Shown here: positions 1 through 7,947 of the stretch, piece by piece
Position numbering within the stretch: the stretch's first letter is position 1
How the letters are laid out: every line of letters begins with the position of its first letter
NCBI GenBank assembly: GCA_031372005.1
Contig: JANMKK010000023.1
Location: 28,724-92,723, forward strand
Source of the DNA: Rubrivivax sp.
GTDB lineage: Bacteria > Pseudomonadota > Gammaproteobacteria > Burkholderiales > Burkholderiaceae_C
DNA length: 64,000 nucleotides
Direction of reading: 5' to 3'
Program-made: the position numbers and the translations under genes
The notes under the pieces: model-generated
Seen by the model: only the letters and a program-made list of their open reading frames with translations
What the model was told of the DNA's origin: nothing
Database searches by the model: none

Positions 1-1
1 G

Positions 2-745
2 CTGCTGGATGCGGGCTGCGGCAGCGGCGAGAAGGCCCGCGAGCTGGCGCTGGCCTTCCCCGACCATGAGGTCGTGGCCATCGACCAGTCCAACTCGATT
101 GCCCGCACCGCGTGGGAGAACGCTGATTTGCCCAACCTGCATTTCGTCCAGGCGAACGTCTGGTACCCGCCCTTGGCGCGCCAAGGCTTCCACTTCGCCA
201 TGAGCATCGGCGTGCTGCACCACACGCCAGACACCCGCCGCGCCTTCAACGCCGTGTCCGAGCTCGTGGCGCCGGGGGGCGACTTCATGACCTGGATCTA
301 CCCGTTGCCGCACGAAGACACCTTCTGGGCCGGGCTGTACCGTCAGCGCGACCGCCACTTTCTCGGCTTGGCCCACCGTCTGCCGCACGCCGCAACGATG
401 GCGCTGTGCCGGGTCTACGTTGCGGTCTGCTTCCCGTGGGTGCTGCGGTTCCTCAAAGCCCAGTGGCGCGTCAACCGCGACCGCTTCCCGATCTATCCCG
501 ACAGGCCCACGCTGCGCGAATTGTTCCGCAGCTCGGTCTTCCTGTCGTTTGACAACGTGATGCCGCCGCACCAGTTCCGCCATGGGCGTGAGACGGTTTG
601 CGGCTGGTACGCCGAACAGGGCTATGGCGCAGTCGACGAGCGCTACCCCGGCTTCTTCCACGCCCTGCGCCAGCCCGACACGGTTCAGGCGCCAATTCAC
701 TCGGCCGCCGCTGCCGCCCCCACGACCCCAGGAGTGCGTTCATGA
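2..745 (+). CDS. Class I SAM-dependent methyltransferase (5' partial; true start lies before the window)
   Basis: The frame of ORF 74..745 is open from base 2 and reads LLDAGCGSGEKA (SAM-binding motif I). It also has SIGVLHHTPD (motif typical of Methyltransf_11/25 enzymes). The TGA overlaps the next ATG (ATGA 742-745). Confidence 0.88.
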   Translation: MLDAGCGSGEKARELALAFPDHEVVAIDQSNSIARTAWENADLPNLHFVQANVWYPPLARQGFHFAMSIGVLHHTPDTRRAFNAVSELVAPGGDFMTWIYPLPHEDTFWAGLYRQRDRHFLGLAHRLPHAATMALCRVYVAVCFPWVLRFLKAQWRVNRDRFPIYPDRPTLRELFRSSVFLSFDNVMPPHQFRHGRETVCGWYAEQGYGAVDERYPGFFHALRQPDTVQAPIHSAAAAAPTTPGVRS

Positions 746-1080
746 CCCCCGTTGCAGAGACCCTGAACCCCGCGCTTGAGGACAAGCTCAGCGCCTTCCT
801 TGTCAAGCTGCTGAAGCTGGGCCCGGACGTGAGCCTGACGCCCGAGGGCGATCTCATCCAGCAGATCGGGATGGATTCGATCGAGGCCTTCGACGCGGTG
901 GCGACGTTGCATGAGCTGCTGGAGGCGGCCATCCCCGATGACTTCGATCCCCGTGTCGTGAGCACGGTGCGCGGGCTGGCAACCTACGTCAGCAGCAGCT
1001 TCGGCACGGACATGGTCAAGCGCTTCCTGGCCATGGACCTGGACCGGTGCAGCGTCTTCGAACAGCGGGAGGATCTCTGA
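742..1080 (+). CDS. Stand-alone acyl carrier protein (112 aa) with a C-terminal extension
   Basis: GMDSIEAFD phosphopantetheine-attachment motif; ggag RBS upstream; ATGA overlap with the methyltransferase stop. Confidence 0.9.
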   Translation: MTPVAETLNPALEDKLSAFLVKLLKLGPDVSLTPEGDLIQQIGMDSIEAFDAVATLHELLEAAIPDDFDPRVVSTVRGLATYVSSSFGTDMVKRFLAMDLDRCSVFEQREDL

Positions 1081-1586
1081 CACCGCCGCTGCGTTTCGTG
1101 GCAGCCGACATCCAGCGCCTGCTGCCCCACCGGGGCGCCGCCCTGTTCCTGGACGAAGCCGAGGTGTTCGGATCGTCAGCGCGCGGTAGCGCCTGCTGGC
1201 GTGGCGAGCATCCGCATCTGCAGGGCCACTTTCCCGGGCAGCCCGTGGTGCCCGGGGTCTACCTCCTGGAGGCGGCGGCCCAGTTGGCGGGCGTGGCCGC
1301 GCTGGCCGGCGACGAAGCGGCATCGCAAGGCCGCACCGGCGTGCTTGCCGCCGTGCGCAGGAGCCTGTTCCACCGCCTCGTGCGACCGGGTGAGCGCGTG
1401 CACTACACGCTGGACGTTCGCACCGTGTCCCAAGGTGCCATGGTGCAGGCCAGCGGCAGCGCCTCGGTGGCCGAGCACAAGGTGCTGACGGTTGAACTCA
1501 CCGTGGCGCTCGTGGCCGCATCGGCACTGCAGCCCATCAATGGTGCGACGGCGCCGCAGCAGCACGCCATGCAGGGGGTTGCGTGA
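1077..1586 (+). CDS. FabZ/FabA-type 3-hydroxyacyl-ACP dehydratase (hotdog fold); start uncertain (CTG 1077 or nearby; ORF open from 1047)
   Basis: LLPHR and GHFPGQPVVPGVYLLEAAAQ are FabZ signature motifs. CTGA at 1077-1080 overlaps the ACP stop, downstream of a gggagg RBS. Confidence 0.88.
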   Translation: MTPPLRFVAADIQRLLPHRGAALFLDEAEVFGSSARGSACWRGEHPHLQGHFPGQPVVPGVYLLEAAAQLAGVAALAGDEAASQGRTGVLAAVRRSLFHRLVRPGERVHYTLDVRTVSQGAMVQASGSASVAEHKVLTVELTVALVAASALQPINGATAPQQHAMQGVA

Positions 1587-2878
1587 GCCCGCAGGGCCGC
1601 CCCAAGGGCGAACACCGGAGTGCGCAGCACGAAGGTACGCCAGTGAGCAGCGCCACCATCACCGACCGCCAGCGCGTCGTGATCACGGGCGTGGGTGTGG
1701 TGTCGCCTTTTGGCGCCGGCGTGCCCCGCTTCTGGCAGGCCCTGCTGGCAGGTGCATCGGCGATGCGCCCGGTCACGGGCTTTGACGGCACGCGCTATCG
1801 CAGCGCACAAGGAGGCGAGGTGCCTGCCGAAGTCTATGGGGACGCGGCCGCACGGCAGCGCTGCGGCGCCCCGCTGGAGGACGGGACCTACTTCCTCGCG
1901 CTTGCTGCTGAGGAAGCGCTGGGTGCCGCAGGGCTGCGGCTGCCGCTGGTTGACCCTGCGGATGCCGGGGCGGTGCTTGGCACCCTGTGCGCAGGCATGC
2001 GCGCGCTGCAGGTGTTGTGCGGGCGATGCGATGCCGACATGCCAGCCGACATGGACGTGCAGGCCGCTACCGCGTCTTACCAGCTGAACTTTCTCTGCGA
2101 ACGCTATGGGCTGGGAGGACCGAGTTCGCTGGTCTCCACGGCCTGCTCGTCGACCACCGACGCGCTGGGCTACGCCTTCGACCTCGTGCGCAGCGGGCGC
2201 TGCAGCGTCTGCCTGACCGGCGGCGGCGACGTGCTGGCCGAATCCATCCACAGTGCCTTCAACGGGCTGCAGTCCATCACCACCACGCAGGCGCGGCCGT
2301 TCGACCGCGGACGCGACGGTTTTTTCATCGGCGAGGGTGCGGCAGTGCTGGTGCTGGAATCGCTTGACCATGCACGCCAGCGCGGCGCACCGGTGCTGGC
2401 CGAGGTGCTGGGCTATGGCCTGTCGAACACGGCACACCACCTCACCGCCACGTCCGAAGACGGTGCCGGCGAGGCGCTGGCCGTCGAGCGCGCACTGCAG
2501 GATGCAGGGCTGGCACCCGGGCAGGTGGACTACATCAACTGCCACGGCACCGGCACCCGACACAACGATGCGTCGGAGGTCGGCGCCATCAACCGCGTGT
2601 TCGGCGAGGCCGCGCCGCGGGTGCGGCTGGCGTCCAACAAGTCGTCGTTCGGGCACTGCATGGGCGCCGCAGGGGCGCTGGAAGCCGTGTCCACGGTGCT
2701 GTCGCTGGCGCACCAGTGCATCCCGCCGACGCTGAACACGAGGGCCGACGAACCCGCGCTGCGCAGCACCGTCGTCGTTGACGCGCCGCAGAGCCTGCCG
2801 ATACGCCACGCGCTGACGCAGTCCTTCGGCTTCGGCGGCGCCTGCTCGTGTGTCGCGCTGGGGCGGTACGACGGATGA
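1583..2878 (+). CDS. Beta-ketoacyl-ACP synthase (FabF-like KS-alpha), catalytically intact
   Basis: VVITGVGVVSPFG, STACSS (Cys), HGTGT and KSSFGHCMGAAG (His-His); GTGA overlap with the upstream stop. Confidence 0.92.
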   Translation: MSPQGRPKGEHRSAQHEGTPVSSATITDRQRVVITGVGVVSPFGAGVPRFWQALLAGASAMRPVTGFDGTRYRSAQGGEVPAEVYGDAAARQRCGAPLEDGTYFLALAAEEALGAAGLRLPLVDPADAGAVLGTLCAGMRALQVLCGRCDADMPADMDVQAATASYQLNFLCERYGLGGPSSLVSTACSSTTDALGYAFDLVRSGRCSVCLTGGGDVLAESIHSAFNGLQSITTTQARPFDRGRDGFFIGEGAAVLVLESLDHARQRGAPVLAEVLGYGLSNTAHHLTATSEDGAGEALAVERALQDAGLAPGQVDYINCHGTGTRHNDASEVGAINRVFGEAAPRVRLASNKSSFGHCMGAAGALEAVSTVLSLAHQCIPPTLNTRADEPALRSTVVVDAPQSLPIRHALTQSFGFGGACSCVALGRYDG

Positions 2879-2912
2879 ACGCCAGGCCAGCGCGCACCAG
2901 AGGAAGCAGTCC

Positions 2913-4109
2913 ATGCAGGATGTCGTGATCACGGGGATCGGGGTGCTCGGTCCCCACGGCGTGGGCGTCGAGCGCATCGCCGCTGCCGCGCGGGCGCGGC
3001 AGCGGCCTTTCGCCGCCTGGCCCGCTGCGGCCCATCCGCCGCACGCCGAAGCGCTGATCGCGCAGGTCGGTGACTACCCCAAGGCGCGCTACTTCAACGA
3101 TCGCCAGCTGCGCATGATGGACAAGGCGATGTGCCTGTCGGCCTTCGCGGCCGGCACCGCGCTGGAATCTGCGGGTTGGGCCGACGGACAGGCGCCTGGC
3201 GAGACGGCCACCTTGCTGGGCACGATGCGCGCCGAGCAGCCCTCGGTGCACAAGTTCCTGCAGCCGCTGCTGCAGGGCAGGCCAGAGCGGATCAACCCCG
3301 CCGAGTTTCCGCAGATCGCGCGCAACATCGCCTGCGGTCAACTGGCCATCCGCTTCGGCTTGCGCGGCCCCAGCACGGTCCTGGCATCGGGGCCGCTGGC
3401 GGGGCTGGAAGCGCTGGCCAGAGCCGCCGACTTCGTCGCCGCCGGGCGTTGCCAGGTGGCGCTGGCCGGTGGCCTGGACGTGCTGTCACGGTTTTCGCTG
3501 TACGTCGGCAGGCACCTCTACGGCGACTGCATGCAAGCCGCCTGCCCCCGGTTCTTCGGCACCGAGACTGGCTACCTCGTTCCGTCCGAAGGGGCCTGCC
3601 TGCTGGTCGTGGAATCTGCCGCACATGCTGCGCAGCGCGGTGCCCGCCCGCTGGCCCGGCTGCGCGGCTGGTCCGCAGGCCGCGCAGCCGGCCAGGCACT
3701 GGAGCCCGCGCTCGCGCGGGGGTGGCAGCGGCTGCTGTCAGCGGCGCAGCGGGAGCCAGCCGACGTCGGCGTGGTCGCCGCCGGGGCGGGCGGCGGCAAC
3801 CGCCCGCACGAACAGGCCGAAACCAACGCGCTGGCCGCCTGGTTGGCCGGCTCCGACACACCAGCGCGCGTCTCGGCACCTTGCGCGTGGGTCGGCGAAG
3901 GCGAGGCGTGGACCGGTGCGCTGTTGGCCGCGATGGCTGTGCAGGCCCTCACCAGCGGCGACGTGCCACCCACTGCCGGCGTCTGTGCCGAAGCGCCGGC
4001 CCCGCTGGCAGAACGCGCCGCCGGCGGCGCCGTGGCGGCGCCCTGTGCACTGGTCACCGCCACGGAGAGCCACGGCGCGTGGATCAGCCTCTTGCTGGAG
4101 CAGCCATGA
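2913..4109 (+). CDS. Cys-less ketosynthase-like protein (chain length factor / KS-beta partner)
   Basis: The thiolase-fold N-terminus MQDVVITGIGVLGP is present, but the active-site position reads TVLASGPLAG (no Cys), and the HGTGT and GH motifs are absent. The gene lies directly after an intact KS. Confidence 0.8.
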   Translation: MQDVVITGIGVLGPHGVGVERIAAAARARQRPFAAWPAAAHPPHAEALIAQVGDYPKARYFNDRQLRMMDKAMCLSAFAAGTALESAGWADGQAPGETATLLGTMRAEQPSVHKFLQPLLQGRPERINPAEFPQIARNIACGQLAIRFGLRGPSTVLASGPLAGLEALARAADFVAAGRCQVALAGGLDVLSRFSLYVGRHLYGDCMQAACPRFFGTETGYLVPSEGACLLVVESAAHAAQRGARPLARLRGWSAGRAAGQALEPALARGWQRLLSAAQREPADVGVVAAGAGGGNRPHEQAETNALAAWLAGSDTPARVSAPCAWVGEGEAWTGALLAAMAVQALTSGDVPPTAGVCAEAPAPLAERAAGGAVAAPCALVTATESHGAWISLLLEQP

Positions 4110-4927
4110 CTGCTCCGGCGACCGTGATCATGCCCGCGGACGTGCCGCAGCCCGGCCCGCGCAGCGCCAGCGGGCCCCGCCGCGCGACGCTGGTCACCGG
4201 CGCCAGCCGCGGCATCGGGCGCGCCATCGCGATGGCCCTGGCCGACCCGGCGCGCCCGGTGTTCGTCAACGCCCGCATCGACGCGCAGGCGGCCGAAGCC
4301 ACCTGTGCGGCCATCCGCGATGCCGGTGGCGTGGCCCACGCGATCCTGGCCGACGTGAGCGACGCGCAGGCCGTGCAGTCGCTGTTCGCGCAGGTGCGCG
4401 ACCACGGCTGCTGGGTCCACACGTTGGTCAACAACGCCGGCATCGTGCGCGACGGCATCACCGCCACGATGCCGCTGGCGGCCTGGCGCGACGTGCTGGC
4501 CACCAACCTGGACGGCAGCTTCCTGTGTGCCAAGGCGGCGATCCCGTCGATGATCACGCGCCGCAGCGGGCAGATCCTGAACGTCGCATCGGTGGCCGGG
4601 CTGCGGCCCCAGGCCGGCCAGGCGAACTACGCCGCCGCCAAGGCAGGCCTGGTGGCACTGACACGCGCACTGGCGCGCGAACTGGGGCGCTACGGCATCC
4701 GTGTCAACGCGGTTGCGCCGGGTTTCATCGACACCGAGATGCTGGCCCCGCTGCGCGCCAGCGACAGGGGCAGCGCGATGCTCGACGGCGTGCGCGACAC
4801 GCAGATCCCGCTGGCGCGTCTGGGTTCGGCCGAGGAGGTGGCCAAGGCGGCCGCCTTCCTGTGCTCCGCGGACGCCGCCTACATCACCGGGCACGTGCTG
4901 GTGGTCGACGGGGGTCTGAGTGCATGA
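4106..4927 (+). CDS. fabG: 3-oxoacyl-ACP reductase (FabG-like SDR)
   Basis: TGASRGIG, NNAG, YAAAK, VNAVAPGFIDT, ITGHVLVVDGG; ATGA overlap at 4106-4109. Confidence 0.92.
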   Translation: MTAPATVIMPADVPQPGPRSASGPRRATLVTGASRGIGRAIAMALADPARPVFVNARIDAQAAEATCAAIRDAGGVAHAILADVSDAQAVQSLFAQVRDHGCWVHTLVNNAGIVRDGITATMPLAAWRDVLATNLDGSFLCAKAAIPSMITRRSGQILNVASVAGLRPQAGQANYAAAKAGLVALTRALARELGRYGIRVNAVAPGFIDTEMLAPLRASDRGSAMLDGVRDTQIPLARLGSAEEVAKAAAFLCSADAAYITGHVLVVDGGLSA

Positions 4928-7031
4928 ATTGAATCCCGTTGTGGCGCTCGCTGGGCAGCGCCCGGTGCAGGCGCAGGTTCAGGTGCCGCTGCTGCGGCGG
5001 CTGTTCAGCCCGGTCACGCTCAACGGGCTGGACCTGCCTAACCGCGTGTTGATGAGTTCGATGCACCTGAACCTCGACACCTGCCCGGACGCCTACGAGC
5101 GCATGGCTCGCTTTTACGCGCTGCGCGCGCGCGAGGGCGTCGGCCTGATCGTCACCGCAGGGTGCAGCCCGGACGAAGCCGGCCGTGCGGCGGCGGGGTC
5201 GTTCTCGCTGGACCATGACGAGCTCATCGACGCGCACCGCGCCATCACCACCGCCGTGCATGCAGAAGGCGGCCGTGTCGCGCTGCAGATCCTGCACTTC
5301 GGGCGCGAAGGGTTCCACGGCGGCATCGTGGCGCCGTCCGCGATCCGCCTCGTGTCGAGCCTGTTCACGCCGCGTGCGCTGACGGAAGAAGGCATCCAGC
5401 GCACGATCGCGGCGCATGCCGACTGCGCCGCGCGTGCCATGGCCGCCGGTTACGACGCCATCGAACTGATCTTTTCGCAGGGCTTCCTGGTCCACGAATT
5501 CCTGGCGCCGGCCTGCAACCGGCGCGAGGACCGGTGGGGCGGAGCGTTCGAGAACCGCGCGCGGCTGGCCGTGGCCATCGCGCAGGCCGTGCGCGCGCGT
5601 GTGGGGCCGGCGTGCCCCCTGATCTTCCGCGTGCCCTGCATGGACCTGCTGGAAGGCGGGCTGCCGGCACACGAATCGCTGGCACTGGTGGCCGCGCTGC
5701 GCCCTTTCGGCATCGACCTGCTGAACGTGAGCATCGGCTGGCACGAATCGCAGACGCCCACCATCGCCATGGTCGTGCCGCGCGCGGCCTTCGTCGCTGC
5801 GTCGCGCCTGGTGCGCCAGCACCATCCCGATCTGAAGACCGCCATCAGCAACCGCATCAACGACCCGCGGGACGCCGAAGCGCTGCTGCTGGAAGGTGAT
5901 GCCGATGTGATCGCGCTGGCGCGACCCTTCTTGGCCGACCCGGCCTGGGTGCGCAAGGCGCGCAGCAACGACTTCGACGGCATCAACACCTGCATCGCCT
6001 GCAACCAGAGTTGCCTGGACTACGTGCTCACCGGCCGCCCTGTGGGCTGCAGCGTGAACCCCGACTGCAACCTGCCAGGCGAAGGCCACTACCCGCCGCT
6101 TGTGCGGCCGCTCACGCGGCCGCTGACCGTGGCGGTGGCCGGTGGCGGCATCGCGGGCATGGGCGCGGCGTTGTACCTGGCCCGACGGGGCGCCCGCGTG
6201 GTGCTGTTCGAGGCCGCTACCGAACTTGGCGGCCAGCTCCGGCTGGCCGCGCGCATTCCCGACAAGGCCGAGTTCCGCGAGACCATCCGCTTCCATGCCC
6301 AGGCTTTGCTGCGGGCCGGTGTCGCCGTGCGGCTGTCCAGCCCCTTCGACGGGGCCGCGTGCACCGCAGGGCACGAGGGCCACCCCTGGGACCATGTGGT
6401 GCTGGCCCACGGCAGCGTGTCGCACCGGCCCGGCATCGAGGGCGAGCAACTGCCGCACGTGCTGGACTACCGCGACGTGCTCGACCGCGGCGTTCCGGTG
6501 CTCGGGCCTGTCGTCATCGTCGGCGGCGGCGGCGTGGCCTGCGACGTGGCCAAGTTCATCAGCGCCGGCGCCAAGGCGCGCGCATTTCGCGGCGACGACC
6601 ACCTGCTCCACCACGCACAGGGCTGGGACCTGAAGCCTTACCTCGCGCTGCCGGCAGCAGCCGGCGGGCCGTTGCAGATCACGCTGCTGCAGCGGTCCAG
6701 CCGCAAGATCGCGCACCGGGTGGGGCGCACGACGCGGTGGATCGTGCTGCGCGGTCTGCAGGAAGCGGGCGCGACGTGGCGCAACGGCGTCGACGTGGTC
6801 CGTATCGAAGACGACGGCGTGCTGGTGCGCACGCGGGCCAGCGGCCGCGAAAGCCGGCTGCCGGCGCGCACCGTCATCCTGGCTGCGGGGCAGGACCCGG
6901 CACCGGTTCCGCTGGCCGGGCCGCTGCTGGCGGCGGTGTCGCACTCCGTGATCGGCGCCGCAGAGAGCGCCGGGATGAACATCACCGGCGCCTTGCGCGC
7001 GGCCTACCAACTGGCACTGCAACTGCGATGA
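4920..7031 (+). CDS. fadH: FadH-type NADPH-dependent 2,4-dienoyl-thioester reductase (FMN TIM barrel, 4Fe-4S, FAD domains), with Phe at the catalytic Tyr position
   Basis: SMHLNL, GWHES, LARPFLADP, CIACNQSCLD...CSVNP (4Fe-4S), GGGIAG and GGGGVACD Rossmann motifs; about 700 aa. Confidence 0.85.
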   Translation: MHELNPVVALAGQRPVQAQVQVPLLRRLFSPVTLNGLDLPNRVLMSSMHLNLDTCPDAYERMARFYALRAREGVGLIVTAGCSPDEAGRAAAGSFSLDHDELIDAHRAITTAVHAEGGRVALQILHFGREGFHGGIVAPSAIRLVSSLFTPRALTEEGIQRTIAAHADCAARAMAAGYDAIELIFSQGFLVHEFLAPACNRREDRWGGAFENRARLAVAIAQAVRARVGPACPLIFRVPCMDLLEGGLPAHESLALVAALRPFGIDLLNVSIGWHESQTPTIAMVVPRAAFVAASRLVRQHHPDLKTAISNRINDPRDAEALLLEGDADVIALARPFLADPAWVRKARSNDFDGINTCIACNQSCLDYVLTGRPVGCSVNPDCNLPGEGHYPPLVRPLTRPLTVAVAGGGIAGMGAALYLARRGARVVLFEAATELGGQLRLAARIPDKAEFRETIRFHAQALLRAGVAVRLSSPFDGAACTAGHEGHPWDHVVLAHGSVSHRPGIEGEQLPHVLDYRDVLDRGVPVLGPVVIVGGGGVACDVAKFISAGAKARAFRGDDHLLHHAQGWDLKPYLALPAAAGGPLQITLLQRSSRKIAHRVGRTTRWIVLRGLQEAGATWRNGVDVVRIEDDGVLVRTRASGRESRLPARTVILAAGQDPAPVPLAGPLLAAVSHSVIGAAESAGMNITGALRAAYQLALQLR

Positions 7032-7068
7032 CGTGGTCCGGGCCATTCTGCAAGAGGAGTTTTGGCAC

Positions 7069-7947
7069 ATGCAAACCGTAGCGGTCCTGGGCGCAGGGGT
7101 CCTGGGCAGCGCCGTCGTGCGCCGCCTTGTCGAACTGGGGGTGCATGTGCGCCTCTACAACCGCGATCGCAACAAGGCGCAGGCGCTGCAGGGCCCGCAG
7201 GTCGTCGTCTGCGACTCGCCCGCCGGCGCCGTCGACGGCGCCGATCTGAGCCTGGCCGTGCTGACGGACACCGAGGCGTTGCGCCAGGTGGTCGAATCGC
7301 CCCAGGGCGTTCTGGCCGGCCCGCGCCTGCCCTGCTTCACGCTCATCGACCTCAGCACGCATGGACCCGCCACGTTGATGCCGCTGGTCGAGCGCTGGTC
7401 CGGCCAGGGATTGGCTTATGTCGAGGCGCCGGTCACCGGCAGCGTCCACGACGCGCTGCACGGACGCTTGAACTTCCTCGTCGGCGGTGCGGTGGCACAC
7501 GTCGAAGCCACCCGGCCCTTCCTCGAACGCCTGGGGCACCGCGCCTACCACCTGGGTCCGATCGGCAGCGGCAGCACCGCCAAACTGGCACTCAACCTGC
7601 TGGTGGGCACCATGGCCTGGGGGCTGGCCGAAGCCACGGCCATGCTCGAGGCGGCCCATCTCGATGTCGAGGCGTTCCATGATGCGCTGGCCTCCAGCGG
7701 GCTGGCGTCGCCGCTGTACCAGCGTCTGGGGCAGCGCTACATGAGCCGCGACTTCCAACCCCGCTTCTCGCTGGCCAACCTGGAGAAGGACGTCGTGTTG
7801 ATCAATGCCGAAGCGCATCGGCTGGGCCTGCCGGGAAGGCAGGCCCGGCTGCTGGGCAAGGTGCTGGCCGAACTGAGTCCCGAGACCAAGGCACACGACT
7901 ACTCGATCCTGGTCACATGCTCCCTTCCCGAGCCGCCGCCACAGTAG
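7069..7947 (+). CDS. NAD(P)-dependent beta-hydroxyacid dehydrogenase family protein (3-hydroxyisobutyrate/6-phosphogluconate DH-like)
   Basis: VAVLGAGVLG, YNR, EAPVTGS, and AKLALN with the catalytic Lys; gaggag RBS at about 7054. Confidence 0.85.
   Translation: MQTVAVLGAGVLGSAVVRRLVELGVHVRLYNRDRNKAQALQGPQVVVCDSPAGAVDGADLSLAVLTDTEALRQVVESPQGVLAGPRLPCFTLIDLSTHGPATLMPLVERWSGQGLAYVEAPVTGSVHDALHGRLNFLVGGAVAHVEATRPFLERLGHRAYHLGPIGSGSTAKLALNLLVGTMAWGLAEATAMLEAAHLDVEAFHDALASSGLASPLYQRLGQRYMSRDFQPRFSLANLEKDVVLINAEAHRLGLPGRQARLLGKVLAELSPETKAHDYSILVTCSLPEPPPQ

Noticed and set aside
1077-4927. FabZ/FabF/FabG as a self-resistance copy of fatty acid synthase
   Set aside because: The Cys-less KS partner, dedicated ACP and coupled MT point to a biosynthetic type II PKS. 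Resistance is not excluded but is unsupported.
7069-7947. Imine reductase (IRED) assignment
   Set aside because: It keeps the catalytic Lys (AKLALN) of beta-hydroxyacid dehydrogenases, where IREDs have Asp or Tyr. No nitrogen-incorporating genes are seen either.
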